Below, piece by piece: positions 30,041 through 39,470 of a stretch of 64,000 nt of DNA. A model generated the notes under the pieces. That model had not been told where the DNA came from, did no database searches, and was given only the letters and a program-made list of their open reading frames with translations. The position numbers were made by a program, and so were the translations under genes. The DNA is from an uncultured Spirochaetota bacterium (GTDB lineage: Bacteria; Spirochaetota; Spirochaetia; SZUA-6; Fen-1364): contig CAWGAA010000003.1 of assembly GCA_963820525.1 (NCBI GenBank), forward strand, positions 1-64,000. The letters run 5' to 3'. The stretch's first letter is position 1. Every line of letters starts with the position of its first letter.

Positions 30041-30946
30041 ATGGAAAGTTTTATCGATCATGATGACGCCGAAAAATATATTCCCCAGAAGGTTAAGGAA
30101 CATCTGCGCGGGCTCATTAGCCGTTCCAGGCTTCCGGAAACCGAAGAGACCATGCAAAAGCTCGTCGAAGCCTGGCTTCTGAAAAAGGCGGCTTTTCAAA
30201 AGATGGCCGAACACGGCCGCTTTCAAAATACCCGGGTCCTGGGAAAGGACGACAAAAACGGCTGCCTGGTCCTTACCCTGTCTGGTTCTCTCGTCGTCGT
30301 CGGGCCGCTCGTCGAAGGCAAGCGGGAGATCAAATACTCGAGCATCGGACTCCGCACGGACGTGCCGGAAACGCTTCTGGTGAAAGACGGACGGCTGGCC
30401 CAGGACATCGAATGCAAGAAGCCCATCTTTTTAGTCGACAGCGAGCTTGAAAAAACCTCGCCGGTGACCGACATCGCGGTGGCGCTCGATAATGAGAGCG
30501 AGCGGGAACAAGCCGCCTTCCTCCACAAAGCCGATAAAAAGCTGGAAGGCGATTTTATCCGCTTCAACAAGCAGGCGGTGGAAGAAAAGGGGGCCGACGA
30601 TATTCCGCGCCGGCGGGACGACCTTTTCCAGAAATGGATCATCATCCAGTGGTTTCTCTACGGCGGCCTGGAAAAACACGTGTTCATGGCAAGGGCCAAA
30701 ATCTTGTGGCTCGAGCTTTTCACCACAGTCTACGACGCGTTGAGCAAAAAAAAATCCGATGCCGCGGAACGGGATACCCTGTTTCTGGATTTCACCAATG
30801 TCAAATTCGCCAAATTCTGCGACGACTACAAATGGTACGAATCGGAACACAAGAACTTCGATATCGGGTTGATGAAAGCCCTGGAAGAGCTTCCGGAATA
30901 CGGCGCCTATCTCGATTTCGTGGACGGATATTGCGATCGCGTATAG
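30041..30946 (+). CDS. Hypothetical protein
   Basis: GGAGG RBS, 301-aa ORF with coding-like composition, divergent from the OmpA-like gene. Confidence 0.8.
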   Translation: MESFIDHDDAEKYIPQKVKEHLRGLISRSRLPETEETMQKLVEAWLLKKAAFQKMAEHGRFQNTRVLGKDDKNGCLVLTLSGSLVVVGPLVEGKREIKYSSIGLRTDVPETLLVKDGRLAQDIECKKPIFLVDSELEKTSPVTDIAVALDNESEREQAAFLHKADKKLEGDFIRFNKQAVEEKGADDIPRRRDDLFQKWIIIQWFLYGGLEKHVFMARAKILWLELFTTVYDALSKKKSDAAERDTLFLDFTNVKFAKFCDDYKWYESEHKNFDIGLMKALEELPEYGAYLDFVDGYCDRV

Positions 30947-31090
30947 GTGACCGCCTTTCGGCGGGCTGTCGATCGGTTGATCCCGGTTTGTCTTCCTGAC
31001 GGAACGCTCTGCCTCGCCCATGCTTGCAAAGGCGCGATCATTTGTATAGCATGCGCCGACACGGGGAGCACGTGCGTGCCTGGTTGTTCC

Positions 31091-31771
31091 ATGAAGAAGT
31101 ACCGCGGCTTTCTTTTCGATGCGGACAACACCCTCTTCGACTACGACAGGGCTGAGAGGGAGGCGCTCACGGAATCCCTCCGTGAAGCGATTCCGGGCAT
31201 TGCGCTCCATGAGGCCCTGGCCGCCTACCGGGAGATCAATTCCGGCTTCTGGCAAAGCTTCGAGAAGGGACGAGTGGGCCTGGAAGATTTGAAGGTTGGT
31301 AGATTCCGCGCTCTCCTGGATTCTCTGGGAGTCGAGGGAGATCCCGCGCTCATTTCTTCCCGATATCTGGCCAATCTCTCCACCAAGGCGTATTTCCTGC
31401 CGAGCGCACGACGGGTGGTCGAGCAGCTGTCCCGCTCGGCGCGCCTTGGCCTGATCACCAACGGCATCGGGCTTGTCCAGCGCGGGAGGCTTGAAAAGTC
31501 CGGCATCTCGCCGCTTTTCAGTGCCGTCATCATATCGGAGGAAATCGGCGCGGCGAAGCCCGACCCCCGGTTCTTCAAGGCCGCCATCGAGGCGATGTCC
31601 CTTCCCGCCCAGGCCCTCCTGTGCATAGGCGACAGCCCCAGCTCCGATATCGCGGGTGCCAGGGCTGCGGGGATCGACGCGTGCTGGTTCGCGCCCGCCG
31701 GCCGGCCCTGGCCGGGCCCTGGGGCCGAACCTGAGATGGTGATCCGCGACCTTCGGGAGATTCTGTCATGA
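31091..31771 (+). CDS. HAD hydrolase, YjjG-like nucleotidase
   Basis: FDADNTL, ITNG, KPDPRFF and IGDSPSSDIAGA. Confidence 0.88.
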   Translation: MKKYRGFLFDADNTLFDYDRAEREALTESLREAIPGIALHEALAAYREINSGFWQSFEKGRVGLEDLKVGRFRALLDSLGVEGDPALISSRYLANLSTKAYFLPSARRVVEQLSRSARLGLITNGIGLVQRGRLEKSGISPLFSAVIISEEIGAAKPDPRFFKAAIEAMSLPAQALLCIGDSPSSDIAGARAAGIDACWFAPAGRPWPGPGAEPEMVIRDLREILS

Positions 31772-32499
31772 TTCCCGGCCCAGCAGGCATGGCCGCCGCC
31801 CCCAATCCCCAAGTCCTGTACGACAGCTTTGCCCTGCCGGTAGCGCGCCTGTGCAGGCGTATGATCCGCGACCGGGAGGCTGCGCAAGACGCAGCCCAGG
31901 AGGTCTGGTTCCAGCTCATGAAAAGCCTGCCGTCTTTCTCAGGGCGGTCCTCCATTGGCACCTGGGTCTGGACCGTCGCACGCCGAACAATCTGGTGCCA
32001 CATCAGACGGGAAAAGGTCTATTCAATTCGCTTCATGGAGGATCGCCGGGCCTGGATCCAGCTGGAGTGCGATGAGTGTCTGACCGCAATCCTCCATTGC
32101 GTCCACAACCAGGACCGCTTCATCTACCTGATGCGGACTCTGGCCCACCTCGGATTCGCCCAGATTGGCGAGGTCTTGGGCCTCCAGGAAGCGGCTGCCC
32201 GCCAGAGCTACAATCGCGCCCGGCGAAAAATCGGCAATTTCCTGAGCTCGCAATGCCTGCTCTACAATCCCGACGGCAATTGCCGCTGCCGCATGAAGGC
32301 CCCCATCAAGAAGAATTACAAAGCGTCCGAGTACCGCAAGGTAAGGGAGCTTTCTCGCCGCATCATGTTCATGGAAGCGGCTGAAACCTTCAACCCTCCC
32401 AAGGAGTACTGGCGCGGGCTTCTCGGCATGGCCGCGCCCGAACCCTGCAAGAGCAGCGCCGGCTCGAGTAAAAACCCTGCGGCGGTCTGTCACGATTGA
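31768..32499 (+). CDS. ECF RNA polymerase sigma factor with Cys-rich C-terminal extension
   Basis: Sigma2 AQDAAQEVW...FSGRSSIGTWVWTVAR, a sigma4-like HTH, then CLLYNPDGNCRC. Confidence 0.8.
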   Translation: MIPGPAGMAAAPNPQVLYDSFALPVARLCRRMIRDREAAQDAAQEVWFQLMKSLPSFSGRSSIGTWVWTVARRTIWCHIRREKVYSIRFMEDRRAWIQLECDECLTAILHCVHNQDRFIYLMRTLAHLGFAQIGEVLGLQEAAARQSYNRARRKIGNFLSSQCLLYNPDGNCRCRMKAPIKKNYKASEYRKVRELSRRIMFMEAAETFNPPKEYWRGLLGMAAPEPCKSSAGSSKNPAAVCHD

Positions 32500-32541
32500 C
32501 TCACGGTCGGCCACCAAACACGGCAGAGGAGGAAAATCGCC

Positions 32542-32967
32542 ATGCCCGATCTGAACCTGGTCGCCCCGTGCGGCCTCGACTGCGCCAATTGCGAGCTTTT
32601 CATCCCGAACAATCGAACCGATGTCTGGCAGCGCGCCGCCGCAAGATTGAACAAGAAGCCCGAGGACGTAGCCTGCAAAGGCTGCCGTGCCAACAACGGC
32701 TGCACGGTCCACATGGATTGCGCCACCCTGGCATGCGTTGCGAAGAAAGGCTTGATCTTCTGCAGCGAGTGCGAGGAGTTCCCCTGCTCCCGTCTCATGC
32801 CCGCCGCTGACGGGGCGAGATTCTACCCCCACAATTACAAGCTCTACAATCTCTGCCGCATCAGGCTTCTGGGGCTGGAAAGATTCCTGGAAGAAGCCCC
32901 GATCATCCGCAAGCGTTACTTCCATGGCAAGTTCGTCGTCGGCTTGGGCCCTCAGGATCCGCAATGA
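32542..32967 (+). CDS. DUF3795-like Cys-rich protein
   Basis: APCGLDCANC, CKGCR and CSECEEFPC; GAGGAGG RBS. Confidence 0.85.
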   Translation: MPDLNLVAPCGLDCANCELFIPNNRTDVWQRAAARLNKKPEDVACKGCRANNGCTVHMDCATLACVAKKGLIFCSECEEFPCSRLMPAADGARFYPHNYKLYNLCRIRLLGLERFLEEAPIIRKRYFHGKFVVGLGPQDPQ

Positions 32968-33028
32968 TGCGCCGCGGCCCGCCGCCCTGCTGTCCCTGCC
33001 GCGCGCCATGGACACCGCGGCGGCGTTT

Positions 33029-33084
33029 CAAGCAGGCGCTCGGCTTAGGGATTTCCGAGGCGGCAAGCAGGCGCTCGGCTTAGG
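33029..33084 (+). repeat. 21-bp direct repeat, two copies
   Basis: CAAGCAGGCGCTCGGCTTAGG at 33029-33049 and 33064-33084. Confidence 0.9.
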
Positions 33085-33130
33085 CTCGGGTATGCTGCCG
33101 CTATCCAAGCGCCGGCGGTACTGGTAAGAT

Positions 33131-33538
33131 ATGGCCGCAATGCCCAACAGGTGTCAGGATTGGCTTGACCAGGCTGTAAGGAACCTCGAGCAAGCGGAAG
33201 CGTCTCGGAAGGATGACCGGCACGAGTGGGCGTGTTTCGCCGCCCAGCAGGCCGCGGAGCTTGCCGTGAAAGCCCTCCATCTCTGGCACGGACAGGAAGC
33301 GTGGGGCCATACAGTTGCCCGGCTGCTCGCAGACCTTCCGCAGCCCGCGCCGCGGGAACTCATGGAGAGGTCGAAAGTGTTGGACAATTTCTACGTTCCC
33401 ACGCGCTATCCGAACAGCCATCCCGAGGGTGCACCCTTCCACCATTACGGAGAGTACCAGAGCGGGGAGGCGATCCGCTATGCCGGTGAGATCATTGACT
33501 ACGTCCGTGCTCGCATGGCCGAAAAAAGAGAAGGTTGA
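33131..33538 (+). CDS. HEPN domain protein
   Basis: WACFAAQQAAELAVKA, WGH and YVPTRYPNSH. Confidence 0.9.
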   Translation: MAAMPNRCQDWLDQAVRNLEQAEASRKDDRHEWACFAAQQAAELAVKALHLWHGQEAWGHTVARLLADLPQPAPRELMERSKVLDNFYVPTRYPNSHPEGAPFHHYGEYQSGEAIRYAGEIIDYVRARMAEKREG

Positions 33539-33866
33539 TTCCTCGCTTCGGGTCTGGGCGCGCGGCTGTGCCAGATCCCTTCGCGAGCTCCTGGCCATCG
33601 GATACATCGGCTCCTACGCCAGGGGGGATTGGGGCGTGGGCAGCGACATAGACCTGATCGCTATCCTTGAAAAAAGCGATATTCCCTTTGAAAACAGGCC
33701 TCTCGCCTTCGACACGACCTCCCTGCCGGTACCCGCCGATATGCTTGTGTACACGCGTGAGGAGCTTTCTGCGGTCATGAGCCGAGGCGGACGTTTTGCG
33801 GCTACGTTGCAGCGGGAAATGCAATGGGTGTGGCAGCGCTCCGACTTCCGGGGTTTACCGGACTGA
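33480..33866 (+). CDS. Minimal nucleotidyltransferase (MNT)
   Basis: GSYARGDWGVGSDIDL; overlaps the 3' end of the HEPN gene. Confidence 0.9.
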   Translation: MPVRSLTTSVLAWPKKEKVDSSLRVWARGCARSLRELLAIGYIGSYARGDWGVGSDIDLIAILEKSDIPFENRPLAFDTTSLPVPADMLVYTREELSAVMSRGGRFAATLQREMQWVWQRSDFRGLPD

Positions 33867-34081
33867 CTCCACGAAAGTCCTCAAGCAGGCTCTCGCCGCG
33901 CATCCGTTCTCGTCATTTGATGCGCCGGGACTGGGAACCAGGGTGAGCGCTGCCGCCGCAAGAATGATTATGGCGGCGACTCGCAGGATGGATGCTATCC
34001 TTTGAACGTCCAATTTGAGGGTGGCGAATGTTTAGCAGGCTCCTTCTCACCACAGTACTCGCGCTGCTTCTCGGAGCGTTC

Positions 34082-34235
34082 CTCCCGCCGCAATAGAGAA
34101 TGGCAGCATGACCCTGATCTCCCTGTTCACTCCGGAGGGGCTGGTAAAGGTGGTCGCACCGTGAAGTTCAAAGCCATGTAGGCGCTTGCCGCGGGAAAGA
34201 AGAGGTAGCAGGCGGCAATCAGGAAAGGGTCCATG
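34082..34235 (-). pseudogene. hgcA: hgcA 3' remnant (last TM region)
   Basis: 154 bp that align to 60212-60366 of the intact hgcA, with about 7 substitutions and a 1-bp deletion. Confidence 0.92.
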
Positions 34236-34528
34236 AAAGATCGGCGTTGAGGTCGATGTCGAGCCCATCGCGCTCAGCGTAGACGCGGCGATCGCCTGTG
34301 GGCTGATCCTTGGTGCATGCCGAATCCCCCGGCGCCGTCGTCATAGCGGTGAGCGATGACGGCCGCGGGCTTCCACCCGGCCTTGATTTCCGCAACTCCC
34401 CGTCCCCCGGGCTTCAAATCGTCAACATCATGGTTCGTAGACTAAATGGGACGATATCGCTCGGGGAGGGCGAGGGAACGAGTTTCAGGATCGCCTTCCC
34501 CGAGGAGACTGACGGCGCCACTGCGTGA
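34236..34528 (+). pseudogene. Histidine kinase C-terminal (HATPase) remnant
   Basis: DAAIACGLIL, then in another frame VSDDGRGLP...GLQIVNIMVRRLNG...GTSFRIAF. No 5' part. Confidence 0.75.
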
Positions 34529-34570
34529 ACCGGCCCGCGGGCTGCCGTCATCCACTCAGTCGCCGGAGGC

Positions 34571-36744
34571 TTAGGGCGGGAGCATCCAGTTGCCGTAATC
34601 CGTTCCCAGCCACACGGTTCCGTCATGAGGGCTTACCGTGATTGCCCACACGGTCAAGTCCGGCCCAAGATTGGCGCTGATGTTATCCCAGCTCTCGCCC
34701 GAGTCGGTCGAGCGGAAGATTCCCCGGGCAATGCCGTGCCACACCTCCATTTGACCTGCATAGATCGTCTGGGGCCGGGTAGGGTCCACGGCGATCCAAC
34801 GGAAGCAGAGGTCGCCGAAGAAATTCCTCTCAGGCCATTACCATTACGGTCGTCGCGCACCGTCCATCCGGCGCCGTCGAATATCCAGACTCCTGCGTCA
34901 CCGGCCGCATAGAGACGGTTGGGATCTCCCGGGTCCACATCCACCTCGCCGAGCGCACCGCTGATTCTGCCCGGCAGGGGTGTCCACGTGTCTCCCTGGT
35001 CGGAGGAACGAAGCACCTGCCACTCCCAGCCTCTCGCGTCCTTTTGAACGGCGGCAAACACCACATCCCCATCGCTCGCGAGCATTGCCTTGATCGGATA
35101 CTGCAGCGTGGTCCACGTCCTGCCGCCGTCGCGGGAGCGCAGGCTGTCGTTCACGCGGCCCGCGTACACGATGTTCGGCTTTTGAGGGTGAAAGGCGAGG
35201 AACACGTAATAGCCCACGCTGTCTTTCTGAACCTGCCAGGTGCGGCAGTCGTCTTCGGTCGTACAAATGACCTGCTCGTTCCAACTCCCGACCACGCCGA
35301 TGAGCTTACGGGAACCGGGTGTGGGATCGTATGCGCCGACATTCATCGTAAATGCGCTGGTCCAGCCCTTGATCTGATATTGGCGCGGGGGCGGGCAGTA
35401 GCTAAAGGTGTCCCCGCCATCGGTCGTCAACGTGGTGCCGTAATCAAGGTGGAAGAAAACCATCTTCTTCGGGTCGTCGGGACGGAATGCGATCGAGGTG
35501 CGGCCAAGACGCCGGAAACCGCTGATTCCATCGGATGAATACGTCCAATTCCTTCCGCCATCCGTGGTTTTCCGCACGGACATCAGCACTTGGAACGCGA
35601 TATTGGGGTCCGAGGGGTGGGCCACGATCGGTTCGACCCAATAGTGCTCGGCGCTCGAGGGGTTGTCTGAAAAACAGCGCTCACGAGACTGGACGTGATG
35701 CCAGCTCGCTCCGCCATCGTCCGACCAGCACGGGAATCTCTCCCCGCCGGCCCAATTCGCATCCGCATAGAGCCGCAGTGGATTCACCGGGCTGGAGCAG
35801 ATGCATGCCCAACACGCCGTGGCATCCCAATCCAGGATTCCGTTCATCCGTTTCTGGAAGCTCCGCCCCCCGTCGCCGGATCGCCAGATGCCGCCGGTTC
35901 CCGCGGCCACGGTGAGAACCTCCGGGTCCTTTGCATTGACCGTGATCCCGAGGATCGGGACGGATGCGGGCAGGTTTCCGCCGATCCGCGCGAATGATTC
36001 CCCCGCGTCGTCGCTGCGGAACAAGCCCGTATCCGCCGCCACGAACAGCAGCCTGTGGTTCATCGGGTGCAGGACGACCGCATTGATGATCGTATCGGCA
36101 AGCCCTAGCGATCGCCAGGTGCTGCCCGCATCCGTCGTCACGAGCAGGCCGTCGCCGTGCGTCGCAGCATAGACGGTGCGGTGCTGCGTCCCGTCGAAGC
36201 TATCCGGATCGAAGGCAAAAAACTCGTTCTGCGCCTTGTTGATGTTCTTGGTCAGGAAACCGGCGTTGTGGAGCAGAGCCCAGCTTTCCCCGCCGTCTAT
36301 GCTGCGGTAGATGCCGTCGGCCACGGGGTCGCGATAATCGGCGGGATTGTCGGATCCCCGCATGCCGGCCGCCCAGAGGATGTACGGGCTGGCCGGATCG
36401 AAGGCCACTGACTGCACCCCATTGGACATGATGCCGCTTCGCTTGGGCTTCCAGGAGCGGCCGCCGTCGGTGGAGAGGTACACCGCGGCCGTGTCGATGC
36501 TCACGGCAAGGCAGCTTGGATCGGCGGCGCAGATGGCAATCGACTGCGCCATCTGTCCCATCTCCCCGCCGGCATAGCCCTTGGCCTTCTGAGCGGCCGT
36601 CCGCATCGGAACGCGAACCCAGGGGAAATCGGCGGTGCCTGGTGCTTGCTGAACGGGGGAATTGATCTGTGTTGTCGGAGCGCTCGTGCAGCTCACGATG
36701 ATGACAACAGAGAGAAGGATCAATGCAGAAGCGTTATTTTTCAT
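34571..36744 (-). CDS. BNR/Asp-box beta-propeller lipoprotein (glycosidase-like), frameshifted near 34828
   Basis: Lipobox-like VSC and many SxDGGxTW repeats. The last blade (DPTRPQTIY...RSTDSGESW) continues in another frame. Confidence 0.8.
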
Positions 36745-36978
36745 TTGGACATTTCCCTCCTTGATGATCAGCTATTATTCGATAGCTGAAATAAAAGCCG
36801 AGGACTGAAGGTGATGAGTTCGGTCGAACCGGCTCCCACTTTCATGCCGAGGCCATTTCTGCCTCCGAATAGCCCCGAGTTGCCGAATGGAGGCGACGCA
36901 TAAACGTGAGAATATTACCCTACATCCCGGAAGCCTCTACCGGACAAGTGTAGGTCAGCAACCGTTTTGGGCAGACTC

Positions 36979-38103
36979 TCAGAAAGAAAAGAACTTTGCT
37001 AGGGTTCCGTTACCGCTGACCCACCCCTGGGCGCCCTGGTATCCTGTTCGGGCTACGATATGATAGTTGGGAGAACCAAGAAGTTTCTTCATCAGTTCCA
37101 AAGGGAAAGCCGCTTCAGAGGATGAGCCTTTCATGGCGCAGTTTAGTGTTTTACTGACTTCACTCCAATTCTTTCCGTTGGTGTCCATCCTGCCAATCTG
37201 GGCAAGCCAACGGTTGGCCGCCTGTGGGTTGCTGTCTAAAAAGATCTGGATAACAAGCCAACTTCTCGCGGATTTCACGTCGAGGCCGTATGAGGGATAT
37301 TTATGGCTCGTATCGAAATTGTTGGGATGGAAAAATGAGCTCGGTGTCGTGTCCTTGATGCCAAATCTCATGTAGAACTTGTCCGAGTCAACCGCCAGAT
37401 AGACTTTATCGATACTCAAGCTACCCGTCTTAGCGGAGAAAGAATTGGAAAACGCGGGCGGAACGCCATTCCAATCATCGAAATTGCCATCGATCGTGAT
37501 TGAAGCTTTCGGCAGTGAATCATAACTCGACAATTCTTGCTTCACTACCGCCTGCGGCTGGGCGACAGTCGGCGCCTTTGCCTCCACTGTTATTGACTCC
37601 CCGGGTTGCGCGGCTTCGCTGGTGCTTCGTGTCCCGGCGGCGAGCTTGCTCCCTACCCGCTGCGCGATCTTCATGGTAACCGACGCTTTGCCCTCCTCCT
37701 CATCCGAGGCCTGCCCCGTAATCTCCCCGGTCTTTACGTCAATCATTTTTGCGGTTACGAAGTAGGCCCCGCTCACGACGGAGACCTGCGCCACAACTAC
37801 ATAGGCGGCGCCCAGCCTCGTGTTGAGCTGCTCTCCCGCCTTCTTGATCTCAGCATCGCTCACGAGGCCCGACATTTGAAACTCAATCTCCTTCAGGCTT
37901 TGGCCGACTGTTGTCCTGTCCAATACTATATACTTTCCCGATTCCACCAGCTGTTCGCTGATCTTTTCCGTAACCACGACCGACACGCTCTTCTCCACGT
38001 CCTTGGGAAGAAGGGTGTCCAGCACGGCGACTTTCGGCAGTTGTGCGAAAGCGACAATCGATATAAAAAAGAAGAACACGAGAGGGAAGCGTTTTAATTT
38101 CAT
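36979..38103 (-). CDS. Secreted protein with CsgG/TolB-N-like N-domain and a carbohydrate-binding-like C-domain
   Basis: KVAVLD...YIVLDR...EIEFQMSGLVSD, then ITIDGNFDDW. Confidence 0.65.
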   Translation of the reverse strand: MKLKRFPLVFFFFISIVAFAQLPKVAVLDTLLPKDVEKSVSVVVTEKISEQLVESGKYIVLDRTTVGQSLKEIEFQMSGLVSDAEIKKAGEQLNTRLGAAYVVVAQVSVVSGAYFVTAKMIDVKTGEITGQASDEEEGKASVTMKIAQRVGSKLAAGTRSTSEAAQPGESITVEAKAPTVAQPQAVVKQELSSYDSLPKASITIDGNFDDWNGVPPAFSNSFSAKTGSLSIDKVYLAVDSDKFYMRFGIKDTTPSSFFHPNNFDTSHKYPSYGLDVKSARSWLVIQIFLDSNPQAANRWLAQIGRMDTNGKNWSEVSKTLNCAMKGSSSEAAFPLELMKKLLGSPNYHIVARTGYQGAQGWVSGNGTLAKFFSF

Positions 38104-38409
38104 GGGTTACTCCATTACGGCCTTGCCCAAGTTTTCCATGAGGGCCATGAGCACAGTGACGCTCATCAGACGCTGCTAGTATACACTCCCTGTCAATCGC
38201 CTTCATCGCCCATGTTCGCCGGTCTTCTGAAAGTGCTGTCACCGAGTCTTTCAAACCTCACGTAAATCGCTGCACGTTTCCGCTGTCGGGCCGAACGACG
38301 AGATGCGGCTCGCTGCCGAGACATTTCTCGGCTCGCGAAAAGGGTTCATAAGCGTCAAAGGCACGGCCGAAGCGATGGCCCTTCCGTCGGCATAGCGGGC
38401 AGCGCGCCC

Positions 38410-38822
38410 TCAATTACAGCAGCCGCTCTTCGCTCCACTGCCCCCGCCGCAGTCAGAGGCCGCGGCCGTGCTATTGCCGTCGGCCGACCCGGCCTTGCCT
38501 GCTGCTTGGCCGGCCTCTCCGCATCCGCCTGCCCCTGCCGCTCCCCTGCTCTCCCCACCGCACCCACAAGAGGGCTCTCTGCCGGTAAGGGCGCCGTTGA
38601 TGATCGCCGCGGCGCAACCTACGCCGCTTTTCACCTTTTATGGCTCCAAAGCGGCAGTTGGCTTCGCAGGCGCCGCACTCCATGCACAGGTCGCGGTCGG
38701 TGAGCAGGGCCTTGCCGCCGTTCACCCTATCGGAGTCCGGCATGAACACGCCGTGGGGGCACACCTCCCAGCAGCGGCCGCAGCCCGTGCACGCGGCCGG
38801 ATCGTAGGTCAGGGTCACAACG
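38410..38822 (-). pseudogene. hgcB: Second hgcB copy: 5' end replaced by IS21 sequence, +1 frameshift near 38635
   Basis: CTGCGRCWEVCPH, CMECGAC, then SGVGCAAAII...KSGCCN in another frame; aligns to 59737-60142. Confidence 0.92.
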
Positions 38823-39232
38823 ATCATGGCCTCGCCATACAATCGCGCAATCTCCCCCTCGCTGGGAATCTCCGTGCGCACATCCAGCCAGCCTTCCCGA
38901 AGTGCGAGGTCCCGGACGGCCCGGATAACCGTCTTATGTCGACCCGTGTCCCGATGGATGGCTTTTACCGACTGGCCGAGCCGAAGCCGCTGCACGATCT
39001 CCCGTAGCTCCACCATTTGTACCCTCCTTGGCATGTTCCCCTCCCTGCGCCGATGGATGATGAGATCCATCATGGCATAGGGGGTCGTTATTCCTGCCGA
39101 GAGGGGGGGTCGCCAAACGTGCCGACCGGGGGGTCGTTTTACTTGACGGGGAGGGGGTCGCTATAAATGACGGACTGGGGTCGTTTACTATGCCGGTTTA
39201 CACCAGGGGGTCGCTTACAATGCCGATTTACA
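38823..39232 (-). mobile_element. IS21-family left-end remnant (istA 5' fragment plus terminal repeats)
   Basis: MPRRVQMVELREIVQRLRLGQSVKAIHRDTGRHKTVIR HTH starting at 39034. Six GGGGTCG-N7-TGMCGR repeats at 39081-39226, and TGTAAA termini on the minus strand. Confidence 0.8.
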
Positions 39233-39470
39233 TGGGCGGGCTGCGGTATCATTCCACGTCCGATTCGCTGTAGGCTCGCCGCGTGCGTCTGTGGCGTCCT
39301 CCTGGTCTGTTGTTTTTCACCAACTCAACTAAACCAGATGAGGACGCCTCTTTTCTATCCTCAATTGTGCGAAAGAAAATATACGTTATCGAGCTGAATG
39401 TTGGCGCAGACCAAATCAATAACAAGAAATGCCATTCAGCGAATTGGCCTACTTTTTCAGCGATCCCTGA

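Noticed and set aside
33029..33084. Possible CRISPR repeat-spacer unit
   Set aside because: Only two copies, a 14-nt spacer, and no cas genes.
33855..34013. Small minus-strand hydrophobic ORF (LDVQRIASILRVAAIIILAAAALTLVPSPGAS...) next to the hgcA remnant
   Set aside because: About 52 codons with a TTG start; it may be a remnant but cannot be supported without a homology search.
36760..36975. Possible riboswitch or structured leader upstream of the BNR lipoprotein
   Set aside because: Several hairpins are present (for example CCTACA...TGTAGG and TCAGCTATT...ATAGCTGA), but I could not match a known aptamer consensus. An Rfam scan would be needed.
39077..39232. Possible mini-CRISPR array
   Set aside because: The period is only 23-30 bp with 7-nt variable cores, and there are no cas genes. 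Position upstream of istA and TG termini fit IS21 end repeats.
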